DNA of 64,000 nt, from contig CAXGPR010000007.1 of the NCBI GenBank assembly GCA_964011675.1, positions 4,126 through 68,125 on the forward strand, read 5' to 3'. The notes under the pieces are model-generated. The model ran no database searches. It saw nothing but the letters and a program-made list of their open reading frames with translations, and had not been told where the DNA came from. Source of the DNA: an uncultured bacterium. Its GTDB lineage: Bacteria; Latescibacterota; UBA2968; UBA8231. Within the stretch, counting starts at the first letter, position 1, and each line of letters starts with the position of its first letter. Positions 9,421-18,165 of the stretch are shown piece by piece. Position numbers and translations under genes: made by a program.

Positions 9421-10593
9421 GTGGAGCAAACGAATCGAATTATTCTGTGTGTTGATGATGAACGAAAGATCTTACGTGCCCTCAAGCATTTTCTACGGCA
9501 AAAGGCCGACCGCATTCTAACAGCGACTAGTGGCGAAGAAGGTCTAGCACTCTTAGAAAAGCATGCTCCCGGAGTGATCGTATCTGATATGCGCATGCCG
9601 GGTATGAATGGAGCAGAATTTCTCAATCGCGTTTTAGATTTTGCCCCACACACTTTCCGCATACTACTAACAGGCCACGCAGATATAGAAGCCGCAATCT
9701 CGGCTATGAATAAAGGAGAGATTCACCACTTTGTTCACAAACCTTGGGACCCTGCTAAACTAGGACAAGCCATCAAAAAAGGTTTTGAGCACCATCAACT
9801 CATACAGGCTAATCTAGCGTTAACGGATTCTTTAAGCGAGAAGAATCGAGAATTGGAAGAGCTCAATTCAACGCTTGAGCACAAAGTCATAAGTCTAACA
9901 GAGCAGCTACTACACAGCGAGCGCCTATCGTCTTTGGGCCGATTAGCAGCGGGCATCGTACATGAAGTTATGACTCCACTAACCATTTCCGTCGGATGGG
10001 TTGAAACGGTTTTAAAATGCTCTAATATAACCGAGGATCAAAAGGACTCACTCTCTATAGCAACCGAAGAAATATTCCGGGCTGCAAGTATTATGGAGAG
10101 GATGCAAGACTTATCCCGAAAGAAACATCTCATAAAAACACCTACGGACGCCAACAAACTAATTGACCATGCTCTCGACCTGCTCATTCACCCATTAAAG
10201 CAAAAAAACATATCCATATTGCGGTCTTTTGAAGCTAATAAGCGCATCAACGTGGATGGCAAGCAAATAACTCAGGTACTGCTCAACCTAATCAATAACG
10301 CGATAGACTCTCTCGATTCGGGTGGGCGCATCACGGTCTCCACTAATGCGGTTGAGTCCAAGAAAGGTATGCGGTCTGTTCACATTGTAATAAAAGACAA
10401 TGGATCGGGTATCGCACCGGACATCGTGCAACAAATATTCGAACCATTCTTTTCGACCAAAGGCAACAAGGGAACGGGCTTAGGTCTATCCATATGCAAA
10501 GGTATTATAGATAATCACGGGGGCGAGATTGATTTCAAGAGTCGACTGGGCCAGGGCACGACTTTTACCCTATCACTGCCTGTCGAACCCTAG
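9421..10593 (+). CDS. Hybrid two-component protein: N-terminal receiver (REC), coiled coil, HisKA and HATPase_c histidine kinase domains; no TM or sensor domain
   Basis: REC motifs (VDDE, SDMRMPGMNG, KPWDP). H-box HEVMTPL. N/G boxes (NLINNAIDS, DNGSGI, GTGLGLSICK). GTG start. Confidence 0.8.
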   Translation: MEQTNRIILCVDDERKILRALKHFLRQKADRILTATSGEEGLALLEKHAPGVIVSDMRMPGMNGAEFLNRVLDFAPHTFRILLTGHADIEAAISAMNKGEIHHFVHKPWDPAKLGQAIKKGFEHHQLIQANLALTDSLSEKNRELEELNSTLEHKVISLTEQLLHSERLSSLGRLAAGIVHEVMTPLTISVGWVETVLKCSNITEDQKDSLSIATEEIFRAASIMERMQDLSRKKHLIKTPTDANKLIDHALDLLIHPLKQKNISILRSFEANKRINVDGKQITQVLLNLINNAIDSLDSGGRITVSTNAVESKKGMRSVHIVIKDNGSGIAPDIVQQIFEPFFSTKGNKGTGLGLSICKGIIDNHGGEIDFKSRLGQGTTFTLSLPVEP

Positions 10594-10631
10594 CGGTTTG
10601 TGCTGTTGCGTTTAATCTGGGCTGATAAAAA

Positions 10632-10671
10632 GTGACCTCCTCCGATCTGAATCAGATGAGGCCACTTTTTT
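10632..10671. terminator. Bidirectional intrinsic terminator between convergent genes
   Basis: A5-gtgacctc...ATCTGAaTCAGAT...gaggccac-T6. Imperfect hairpin flanked by A- and T-runs, between the HK stop (10593) and the oxidoreductase stop (10688). Confidence 0.45.
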
Positions 10672-10687
10672 ATCGCCTTCACACGAC

Positions 10688-11743
10688 CTAGTCGAGTCGA
10701 ATTTCTCCCCCACTCTGCTGGCTTCGATAGATACCATCTAGAATCTTGAGAACCTGAAGCGATTGTTCTGCTGGAACAGGTGACGGCTGCTCCTCAACCA
10801 AAGCCTGAGCAAACTCAACGCACTCCTGTGCATGCGCTTCAAGGCCGTCGTACATCAGCTTTAGCTGACGATTGTACTGCTGACGGGTCTTGTAGTTGCT
10901 CTCGTACAGCTCACACTTGGGCCAGTGAGCTCCAGCGCCCGTTCCGTAGAGCCACATCTGCATGTCTTCACCCTGCGTATCGTGGTGAAGTAACCAGCTA
11001 ACTTCAATTACGAGAGTCGCTCCGTTATCAAAGCGAACAAATGCTGCAGCGAAATCTTCGACGTCAAACTGTGGCGGAATGGCGTTGCGCCCCCACTGAC
11101 TGAAGGCCCCTTCGCGGTGGGCAAGCTCTGCCCGTGCCACACCCGTGACGGACACGGGTTCGGGATTACCCATAAACCACAGCGTCAGGTCGAGGATATG
11201 CACTCCTATGTCAATACAGGGGCCACCGCCGCTGTGCTCTTTAAGGATAAAGCCACCGCCCGTAGGCGCGGCCGCCCTGCGTAACATCCAGCTTCGAGCG
11301 TGATAAATCTCTCCAAGTGTTCCGGTATCAATTTCCGCTTTCATAGCCTTAGAAGACCCCTGAAAACGAAAGTGCTGTGCCGTCATCAACATCTTGCTCG
11401 ACTTATCGCGTGCTGCAATCATGCGCAGTATCTCATCAGGAGTAGGCGCGAGTGGCTTTTCACATATAACGTGCTTACCCGACTCTAGCGCGGCAATACT
11501 CAGCGGCGCGTGGTAAGTACTAGGTGTGCAGACGTCAATCACATCGATATCGCTGTCATTAAAGAGCGCTTCCGGATCGGTGTGTAGCTTCTTTACGTCG
11601 TGTTCTTGGCCCCAACGAGTTAGGGCTTCTTGACTGACGTCGCTTCCGGCCACGACTTCTGCGTGCTCAGAGGCCGCCCAGCCGGGCATATGAGTGCGCG
11701 CGATGCCTCCTACCCCTACTACGCCTACTCGTAACTTGCTCAT
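10688..11743 (-). CDS. Gfo/Idh/MocA family NAD(P)-dependent oxidoreductase
   Basis: N-terminal Rossmann motif (LRVGVVGVGGIARTH). Conserved EKP motif (ICEKPLA). Size is typical for the family. Confidence 0.8.
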   Translation of the reverse strand: MSKLRVGVVGVGGIARTHMPGWAASEHAEVVAGSDVSQEALTRWGQEHDVKKLHTDPEALFNDSDIDVIDVCTPSTYHAPLSIAALESGKHVICEKPLAPTPDEILRMIAARDKSSKMLMTAQHFRFQGSSKAMKAEIDTGTLGEIYHARSWMLRRAAAPTGGGFILKEHSGGGPCIDIGVHILDLTLWFMGNPEPVSVTGVARAELAHREGAFSQWGRNAIPPQFDVEDFAAAFVRFDNGATLVIEVSWLLHHDTQGEDMQMWLYGTGAGAHWPKCELYESNYKTRQQYNRQLKLMYDGLEAHAQECVEFAQALVEEQPSPVPAEQSLQVLKILDGIYRSQQSGGEIRLD

Positions 11744-11816
11744 AATCTTTCCTATTTAAAGAGTAACTTTTTTCCGAAGACCAAAGATCGCGTAAGAACA
11801 GGCGGGCGGCAAGAAA

Positions 11817-12566
11817 TCAAATAGGCTCTACCTGGTCCGCACGAACCCAGCCACCTAGCCCATTTTGTAAACGAACGAGTATCCAATCGACCTCGCGACG
11901 CACTACGCGCACTTTCGTGCCTTCGTGCATGATAAACACTTCCGTTTGATTGACATCGGGCCCGCTGCGAGCAGTAACGACTTCAGCCAGTGCAATGGCA
12001 GACACCTCACTCGACTGATGGTAAACGCGGAAGGAAAGCCATGCCCCCCCTCCTGCGGTCAATAGAGCACAAACGGACAGTGCGCCAAGCCAAAGGGCCT
12101 GCGTCCTGTGAAACCAAACCCGCCAGCCCAACAAGCCGAACAGTCCAATCCAGCCCAGAGCTAAAAGAAGCGACAGCTCACTCAGCGTGGGGTAGAAAAA
12201 AGCATCCGTCAAAAAGAGACTCACCGCGTTGCCATCGGCGGGAACGTCTTTATCCTTTTTAACCTGATGAGCGAATCTCAGATTCGCGACGATATCCTCA
12301 TCGCGTGGACTGAGATGATTAGCGCGCTCGTACCATAAAATAGCTTCGCCTAAACGACCAGATTTAAAGTTTGCGTTGCCGAGGTTATAAAATAAACGGG
12401 CGTCTTGGACTCCACTGTCCACAACTTGTAAATAGGCGCGGCGCGCTCCCTCAAAATCACCGCCGCGATAGCGATCATTGGCCTCGTTAAATAAACCAAC
12501 GGAAGCAGACTGCGCCCCAGCGTCTAAAACTACGAGCACGAGAATTATTAGAACAGACCGCATCAT
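11817..12566 (-). CDS. batE: BatE-like protein: TPR repeats plus C-terminal SH3-like domain
   Basis: Signal/TM N-terminus. TPR-like helices (ARRAYLQVV..LFYNLGNANFKSGRLGEAILWYERA). Internal TM segments. C-terminal GWVRADQVEPI matches an SH3b-like end. It is the last gene of the Bat array. Confidence 0.6.
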   Translation of the reverse strand: MMRSVLIILVLVVLDAGAQSASVGLFNEANDRYRGGDFEGARRAYLQVVDSGVQDARLFYNLGNANFKSGRLGEAILWYERANHLSPRDEDIVANLRFAHQVKKDKDVPADGNAVSLFLTDAFFYPTLSELSLLLALGWIGLFGLLGWRVWFHRTQALWLGALSVCALLTAGGGAWLSFRVYHQSSEVSAIALAEVVTARSGPDVNQTEVFIMHEGTKVRVVRREVDWILVRLQNGLGGWVRADQVEPI

Positions 12567-14350
12567 ATCTTTTTTTCCAAGAGCGTGATAAGATCTTCGG
12601 CCTGCTGGCGAATCGCGTCCATATCCGAACGTTTCCCAACGCCTCGTGCAAAACGCGCATAGTCACAGCGATTCAACCAATCACGCAAAGAGTCAATGGT
12701 CTCTTCTTCTAAGCCCTTATCTCTCAGGGCGCGCTCGCAGATATCAGGGGAGAGACTCGCGGTAATAATGTTTAAACGGTCGGCCAAAAATGCCAATACC
12801 GCGCGATGTATTTCACCGTAAAATGCGCCCGCATCTCCCTCTTCTAACAGACGCCCAGCTTGCTCTAGGCGCTTCCCGGCTTCACCGCGAGCACGACGGC
12901 GTCGCGCGTAGGCAATATCACCTTGTATACGGTCTCTGTGACGCTGCAATAGGATTAATCCAATCAAAGCAAAGGGCATCGAGGCTTGGAGGGACCAAAA
13001 TAGCACGCTATCGTACAACGCAGAAGAATCTTCCAGCGCTTCCAAGTCAGATTTTATGTATCGTATATCGCTTCCGACGGCCTCTATATCTTTGCGGCTT
13101 AAACCGTAGCTTGTCGGCTCTTCAATGTCTATTTCCCCGGCACTGTGCACAAATATGGGATCCGATTCAAGTGTGACATATTTCTCTACGGCAGGATCAA
13201 AATAGGCGAACTGAATAGAAGGAACTTCTAGGATGCCACCCGTTTCCGGTATGAGAATGTATTCGTACGTGCGTCGTCCGCCGTAGATTCCATTCTCTAT
13301 TTTCTCCTCCTCCTCCAAAGTAGGATCGTACATCTTGATTCCCTGCCCCACATCAATAAGTGGAGTACCCACCGCAGACAGATTTCCCACACCCGATATC
13401 TCGACCCGGAGCGTGACGGGATCGCCAGCTTTTACGTGCGTAGGTTGAGCTTGGGCCGCTAGACTGAACTGCCCTACTGCACCAGAGAACGCATCCGGTT
13501 GTCCCGCTTCGGGTAAGGGCAACACCTGAATTTCTAGCGGATCACTCTGCAACAGCGCACTCTGTGTGCGACCAAAAAATGGATCGGAAGCAAAAAAGTC
13601 GTCTAGCATACTACGACGCTGCGATCGACGAGCAGGAATCTCACATGATACGGCCATAGACTCAACTACGTGTGCACCCGATTTAGTAGGAAAGAGGGCG
13701 ACGCGACGAAGCGGAGCCACGTTAAACGTGACGCCATTAACGATGCTTCTACCGGCCTGCAGCTGCTGAGCGACAAAAAGCTCCTTAATCCAAAATCCGG
13801 CAAACGACGGTATCTCTTTAAAGCCTACATTATGCAATTGAAAGCGATAGAACAGATCAAAATCAACCGTTATCTGCTGTCCAACGTAGGCTCGCTGAAG
13901 GTCGGATCGAGCTCGTACATACAGATGGTCTTCTACGTTAAAATCTCCTCCGAGATTACGCCCCGAACGCTGTCCGGCCCGAACGACTTCAATATCGATA
14001 GGACGGGTCCGATAGGTCTTGCCATCAATCTCAATCTGGGCGGAACCAATTCGTATCCGTCCCTGCTTTTTGGCATAGAGACGGTATGTCAACTCGCGCT
14101 CATAGCTGGTAGTAAAGTTTACCATTTCAATGCGCGAGCTCACGCTGGGTCCCTCCACGTGAAAGTCACCCAGAGAAAGTGTGGGAGCCGGCATGTGCTG
14201 CAGGTTTTCGTCTGAGACAATGCGCAGAGTTAACAGTAGTGCCTCTGATTGTGCTACGCGTGTTCGGTCTACGCTTGCATCAAATTCGACTTCGATTGCT
14301 TCAAGCGACGATACGAGTGATAGCAGAGCAATAAAAACGCGCACGCTCAT
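12563..14350 (-). CDS. batD: BatD-like oxygen-tolerance protein (large secreted beta-rich protein with C-proximal TM)
   Basis: About 600 aa. Signal peptide from an internal Met (MSVRVFIALLSLVSS), which has an AGGA Shine-Dalgarno 8 nt upstream. Position and size match BatD. TM near residue 480. The ORF track's longer start (14413) would overlap batC by 59 nt. Confidence 0.6.
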   Translation of the reverse strand: MSVRVFIALLSLVSSLEAIEVEFDASVDRTRVAQSEALLLTLRIVSDENLQHMPAPTLSLGDFHVEGPSVSSRIEMVNFTTSYERELTYRLYAKKQGRIRIGSAQIEIDGKTYRTRPIDIEVVRAGQRSGRNLGGDFNVEDHLYVRARSDLQRAYVGQQITVDFDLFYRFQLHNVGFKEIPSFAGFWIKELFVAQQLQAGRSIVNGVTFNVAPLRRVALFPTKSGAHVVESMAVSCEIPARRSQRRSMLDDFFASDPFFGRTQSALLQSDPLEIQVLPLPEAGQPDAFSGAVGQFSLAAQAQPTHVKAGDPVTLRVEISGVGNLSAVGTPLIDVGQGIKMYDPTLEEEEKIENGIYGGRRTYEYILIPETGGILEVPSIQFAYFDPAVEKYVTLESDPIFVHSAGEIDIEEPTSYGLSRKDIEAVGSDIRYIKSDLEALEDSSALYDSVLFWSLQASMPFALIGLILLQRHRDRIQGDIAYARRRRARGEAGKRLEQAGRLLEEGDAGAFYGEIHRAVLAFLADRLNIITASLSPDICERALRDKGLEEETIDSLRDWLNRCDYARFARGVGKRSDMDAIRQQAEDLITLLEKKI

Positions 14351-14354
14351 CAAT

Positions 14355-15206
14355 TTACCAGTCCTTTCCACGGCTTGCGCTGGTAGCTCTATACCGACGC
14401 TTTTGCGCGTCAATTTCGCGATTTTTTAGCGCTTCCAACAGCTGCTCTGCCTCTTTCTGACCAATATACTCTTCGCTCTGCTCCGGTTCCCCTTCAGCTT
14501 CGCTCTGTTGCCCACGCTCTTGGTCTTCCCCATCGCCCTCGTCCGGCTGCGACGGCGCCTGTTCTCGTTCCTGCTGTCCTTTGTCCTGTGGATCTTGCTC
14601 GCCTGAGTCCTGCTGTTCCTCCCCTTGTTCCTGCTGGTCTTGATCCTGACTTTGCTGTCCTTGCTGGTCCTGCTGATCTTGATTCTGCTGGTCTTGATCC
14701 TGATTTTGCTCTTGATTCTGGTGCTGCTGGTCTTGCTGCTGCTGTTTCTGTTGTTCGTCCAGCTTCTGAAGCGCTATCTCCAAGTTCGCTTTGGCGTCCA
14801 AATCTTTCGCGTTGAGTTCTAGGGCCTGACTATATGAGGCGATGGCCTGCTCGTACTGCTGCTGCTGGAACCACGCATTGCCCATGTTGTAGTGAGCTGA
14901 TGCGCCCAATAATCCATCGGTCTGTTCCGCAGCTCGACTCAGTTCCTGAAGCGCTGTTTCTAAGTCTCCCTGTTTGAATAGCGAGCTCCCCACGTTGAAG
15001 TTTAGCGCGGGTTCGTCGGGCCGCTCGAGTTGCGCGTCTCGATACAGTTGAAGCGCCTGTTCAAACGCTCCCTGCTTGAATAGGCTAAGCGCTTCAGCAC
15101 TCTTTGAAGCCACAGGATCTCCTACCGTAGCCGCGGTCGAGAAAAACCACGTCACGGTCAGCCAAAAAACCTGAAACAATCGACTCATTCGAAGCGTCCT
15201 TTCCAC
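14355..15206 (-). CDS. batC: BatC-like TPR protein with long Q/D/E-rich low-complexity C-terminal half
   Basis: Signal peptide, then three TPR-like units (ALQLYRDA..., ALQELSRA..., AIASYSQALELNAKD). The C-terminal tail is about 90 aa of Q/D/E. Position is between the batB and batD homologs. Confidence 0.6.
   Translation of the reverse strand: MERTLRMSRLFQVFWLTVTWFFSTAATVGDPVASKSAEALSLFKQGAFEQALQLYRDAQLERPDEPALNFNVGSSLFKQGDLETALQELSRAAEQTDGLLGASAHYNMGNAWFQQQQYEQAIASYSQALELNAKDLDAKANLEIALQKLDEQQKQQQQDQQHQNQEQNQDQDQQNQDQQDQQGQQSQDQDQQEQGEEQQDSGEQDPQDKGQQEREQAPSQPDEGDGEDQERGQQSEAEGEPEQSEEYIGQKEAEQLLEALKNREIDAQKRRYRATSASRGKDW
14590..14750. repeat. Imperfect short tandem repeats (CTG/GAT/CAG-rich) encoding the Q/D/E-rich tail of BatC
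   Basis: Direct reading shows ctgctggtcttgatcctgattttg, ctgctggtcttgctgctgctg and similar units repeated. The same repeats produce the spurious L-rich ORF on the + strand. Confidence 0.6.
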
Positions 15207-16210
15207 TCGACGCTTCGAGCGCGTTTATCCCCAAGAAATGCCTCGACAAAAAAGCAGCAGAGAGCTAAGAACAAGGGAAACTGAAAGCGCTCCTCATATT
15301 GAGTAAAACGCGTTGAGGCAAATTCTTTCTGATCCATTTGCGCAATCTGCTCGCTGATCGCAACGAGTTCCTGTCCGGCTAGAGATGATCGAAAGTAGTC
15401 ACCATTCGTCGACAGAGCGATTTCTTTAAGCGTGGCTTCATCCAGACGAGTTTTTACGTAGTTGCCCCGTTCGTCTTTGTGGTAGCTTGTTCCTCCTCCC
15501 TGCTGCATTTCTGGGATTAACTCACCTCCTGAAGTCCCGAGACCAATCGCAAAAACGTGAATCCCTTGCTCCGCAGCATCCTGTGCTGCTGCAAGCGGTT
15601 CACTAATGTGATCTTCGCCGTCGGTGAACAAAACCACAACCTTGTGCTGTTCGTCTTCCGTATCAAAGGTACGAGCAGCAAGACGCAACGCATCTCCAAT
15701 GGCCGTGCCCTGAACGGGAATCATTCCAGCATCGAGCACATCGAGAAACATATCGACGGCTCCGTAATCTAGCGTTAGTGGACACTGAACAAAGGCCTGG
15801 CCGGCAAATACAATGAGACCAACGCGATCTCCCTGCAACAAGTCGACTAATTCGCGTATTTGCTGCTTTGCTCTGGCCAATCGACTTGGCTTGAGATCTT
15901 CTGCGAGCATACTCCGTGATACATCCAAGATTAAAACGACGTCGACTCCTTTGCGCTGTGCCATCTCTAGTTTCGCCCCAAACTGAGGTCCGCAGAGTGC
16001 GACTACAGCCCACAGGGTTCCTATACCCAAAAGGGCATACTTGCCAAACTGACGACGTCGACTCAAGTCGCGAGTCAGCTTTTCTGCAAGAGGCCAGCCC
16101 ACAAAGCGCAGCAGAGCTTTACGCCGTGCTAGCGTAGCCCAGGCAAAGAATACGCATAGGAGGGGAATTAGCAGAAGAAACCAGAACGTTTCAGGTGAGG
16201 AAAAACGCAT
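15185..16210 (-). CDS. batB: BatB-like von Willebrand factor A domain membrane protein
   Basis: Two N-terminal TM segments. VWA MIDAS (DVSRSM). TDGEDH motif. Overlaps batC by 22 nt. Confidence 0.75.
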   Translation of the reverse strand: MRFSSPETFWFLLLIPLLCVFFAWATLARRKALLRFVGWPLAEKLTRDLSRRRQFGKYALLGIGTLWAVVALCGPQFGAKLEMAQRKGVDVVLILDVSRSMLAEDLKPSRLARAKQQIRELVDLLQGDRVGLIVFAGQAFVQCPLTLDYGAVDMFLDVLDAGMIPVQGTAIGDALRLAARTFDTEDEQHKVVVLFTDGEDHISEPLAAAQDAAEQGIHVFAIGLGTSGGELIPEMQQGGGTSYHKDERGNYVKTRLDEATLKEIALSTNGDYFRSSLAGQELVAISEQIAQMDQKEFASTRFTQYEERFQFPLFLALCCFFVEAFLGDKRARSVEWKGRFE

Positions 16211-16223
16211 TCTATACTTTCTC

Positions 16224-17228
16224 TCAAGGCAAACGGCGAAAGCGCGTATTAGATAATAAGACTTCGATCAGAAGCAGCAGTAAACCAGGCCAGAGGAAAT
16301 GTGGATAGCGCTCCGAGTACTCCACGTGTACTTCAGATGTAATCTCCGTCGTTTCCAACTCGCCTATTTCCCTATAAATCGCTTCTAACTTTTCTTCGCT
16401 GGTAGCCCGATAGTATTTCCCCCCCGTGCGTTGAGCCACTGCCCTTAGCGTCTCCTCATCAATTTCAACCTGAACTGTTTGGTACCTCGTGCCAAAAATA
16501 CCCTGCACGGGACGACGGATCGACCCATCACTTCCTACACCTATGGTATAGACGCGCACTCCTACCGCTTCCGCTACCTCTGCCGCGGTAAGTGGTTCGA
16601 TTTCTCCGGCGTTATTTACTCCATCAGTTAGCAGGATAACCACTTGGCTTCGCCCCTCAGACTCGCGCAGTCGGTTGGTCGCATTAATCAATGCCATACC
16701 AATAGCCGTTCCATCCCAGCTCTCATCAGCAATCTGAACTCCCTGCAAGAAAGAGGTTAACACATCGTAGTCTAGGGTCAGCGGACATTGCGTAAAACTT
16801 TCCCCAGCAAAAACGACCATGCCTATACGATCACTGTAGCGCCCCCCGACAAAGTCGGATACCACTTCTTTTGCGACGGCTAATCGACTCCGCTCTCCAT
16901 TGTCCAAATCGTTTAGTTTCATACTAGACGAAACGTCCAGTGTCAGCATAATATCAATACCTTCTGCGGACATCTCTCGCTTTTCCCGTCCAGCCTGAGG
17001 GCGCGCCAAAGCCACCACCAAAAGCACCAGTCCCAGTAGCTTAAAAACAAAGAGTACATGGCGAAAGCGGGCCCACATCGTATTGCCCATACGACGCAGA
17101 CTAGCAAGGTCAGAAAACTGCACGCTTCCCTGCCGCTGCCGACCCTGCACGATATATAAATAGACTAAGATCGGCAGCAAGAGCAGTAGCAGCAGCCACT
17201 CGGGATTTTCAAAGCGCAGCGTCTGCAT
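16224..17228 (-). CDS. batA: BatA-like von Willebrand factor A domain membrane protein
   Basis: BatA-type N-terminus (FENPEWLLLLLLLPILVY), second TM, VWA MIDAS (DVSSSM), TDGVNNAG. Confidence 0.75.
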   Translation of the reverse strand: MQTLRFENPEWLLLLLLLPILVYLYIVQGRQRQGSVQFSDLASLRRMGNTMWARFRHVLFVFKLLGLVLLVVALARPQAGREKREMSAEGIDIMLTLDVSSSMKLNDLDNGERSRLAVAKEVVSDFVGGRYSDRIGMVVFAGESFTQCPLTLDYDVLTSFLQGVQIADESWDGTAIGMALINATNRLRESEGRSQVVILLTDGVNNAGEIEPLTAAEVAEAVGVRVYTIGVGSDGSIRRPVQGIFGTRYQTVQVEIDEETLRAVAQRTGGKYYRATSEEKLEAIYREIGELETTEITSEVHVEYSERYPHFLWPGLLLLLIEVLLSNTRFRRLP

Positions 17229-18162
17229 TTACCTCTCTATCTAGCTCGTCTTTTGCCGCCTGTTTTTTTTGATGGTCTTCCAACGCACGCAGGATCGCGA
17301 CGCCTGCTTCCGGCACGCGATGGGCGCTGTCTATCTCTGGATGGAATCGCGCAAATTTCACCAAATCGGCCGTAGACAAATATCCTAATATTTGTCGGAT
17401 CTCTCCGTCAGGCACGTTTTTATCACGAAGCGCTACGTCCAGTTCGGCAGTCGTTTTTTCCATTGCCTCGATAACGAGGGCCTCTTCGATATAGCGCCGT
17501 AGATTGTCGGCTAAGAGAGAATAATACGTCTTGAATTCACCGCGCTCTAGCAGTCCCATAGAGGCAATTCGCTCAAACTCAGCAACGTAGTCAACCGGCT
17601 CAGGTTCTGATACTCGTTCTCCTGCCGCTGAACGGCGACGGCGAATCCAATAGGCAAGGAGGAATCCCATAACCAGCAGAGTCAGCAGCGCCCCAATTAC
17701 GACAATCCAAAGCGGAATACCTCCCTCGATAACGACGGGTGGCTTTATATCACGTAGCGCTTGATCTCCTTCCTCTAAAACGCTTATCACCTCAATATTC
17801 AGTCCGCGCGCAGTCGCGCTGAGCGTATCTCCGCTCGCCCTGACAAAAGCAACTTCTAATTCGGGGATCTCCTGAGAACCCAGCTCAAAATAGCGAATGG
17901 TGCCAATAAGCGTCACGTGCGTTAGACCGTTTTTAGCCTCTGGCGCCGACCGACTCTCCGAACGATAGGATGCGGCACTGAGAACGTCTGTCAGGTTGGG
18001 CTCGTCCGGTTTGACTTCAGTGGGAAATGCCATGACGAGACGAAGATCGACCGGCTGTCCCAGTGTTACTTCTGTCGTATCAGCCTGCCAGTAAACTTCT
18101 ACCTGCCCCCAGGCTGTCGCAGTGCCGAACAGGACGAGCCACAAGCAGCGTGCAAACGGCAT
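17209..18162 (-). CDS. Bat-operon membrane protein with DUF4381-like C-terminal half and an extra N-terminal secreted domain
   Basis: Signal peptide. Beta-rich domain of about 150 aa. Single TM (IPLWIVVIGALLTLLVMGFLLAYWIRRRR). The cytoplasmic tail resembles DUF4381 proteins found before batA in Bat loci (YYSLLADNLRRYIEE...TTAEL). Confidence 0.45.
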   Translation of the reverse strand: MPFARCLWLVLFGTATAWGQVEVYWQADTTEVTLGQPVDLRLVMAFPTEVKPDEPNLTDVLSAASYRSESRSAPEAKNGLTHVTLIGTIRYFELGSQEIPELEVAFVRASGDTLSATARGLNIEVISVLEEGDQALRDIKPPVVIEGGIPLWIVVIGALLTLLVMGFLLAYWIRRRRSAAGERVSEPEPVDYVAEFERIASMGLLERGEFKTYYSLLADNLRRYIEEALVIEAMEKTTAELDVALRDKNVPDGEIRQILGYLSTADLVKFARFHPEIDSAHRVPEAGVAILRALEDHQKKQAAKDELDREVNADAAL

Positions 18163-18165
18163 AGC

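Noticed and set aside
14588-14822. Two + strand ORFs (75 aa and a 65-aa poly-Leu/Ile/Val 'membrane' peptide)
   Set aside because: They lie entirely inside the repeat tract that encodes the Q/D-rich tail of BatC on the opposite strand. They are a frame artefact of the CTG/CAG repeats.
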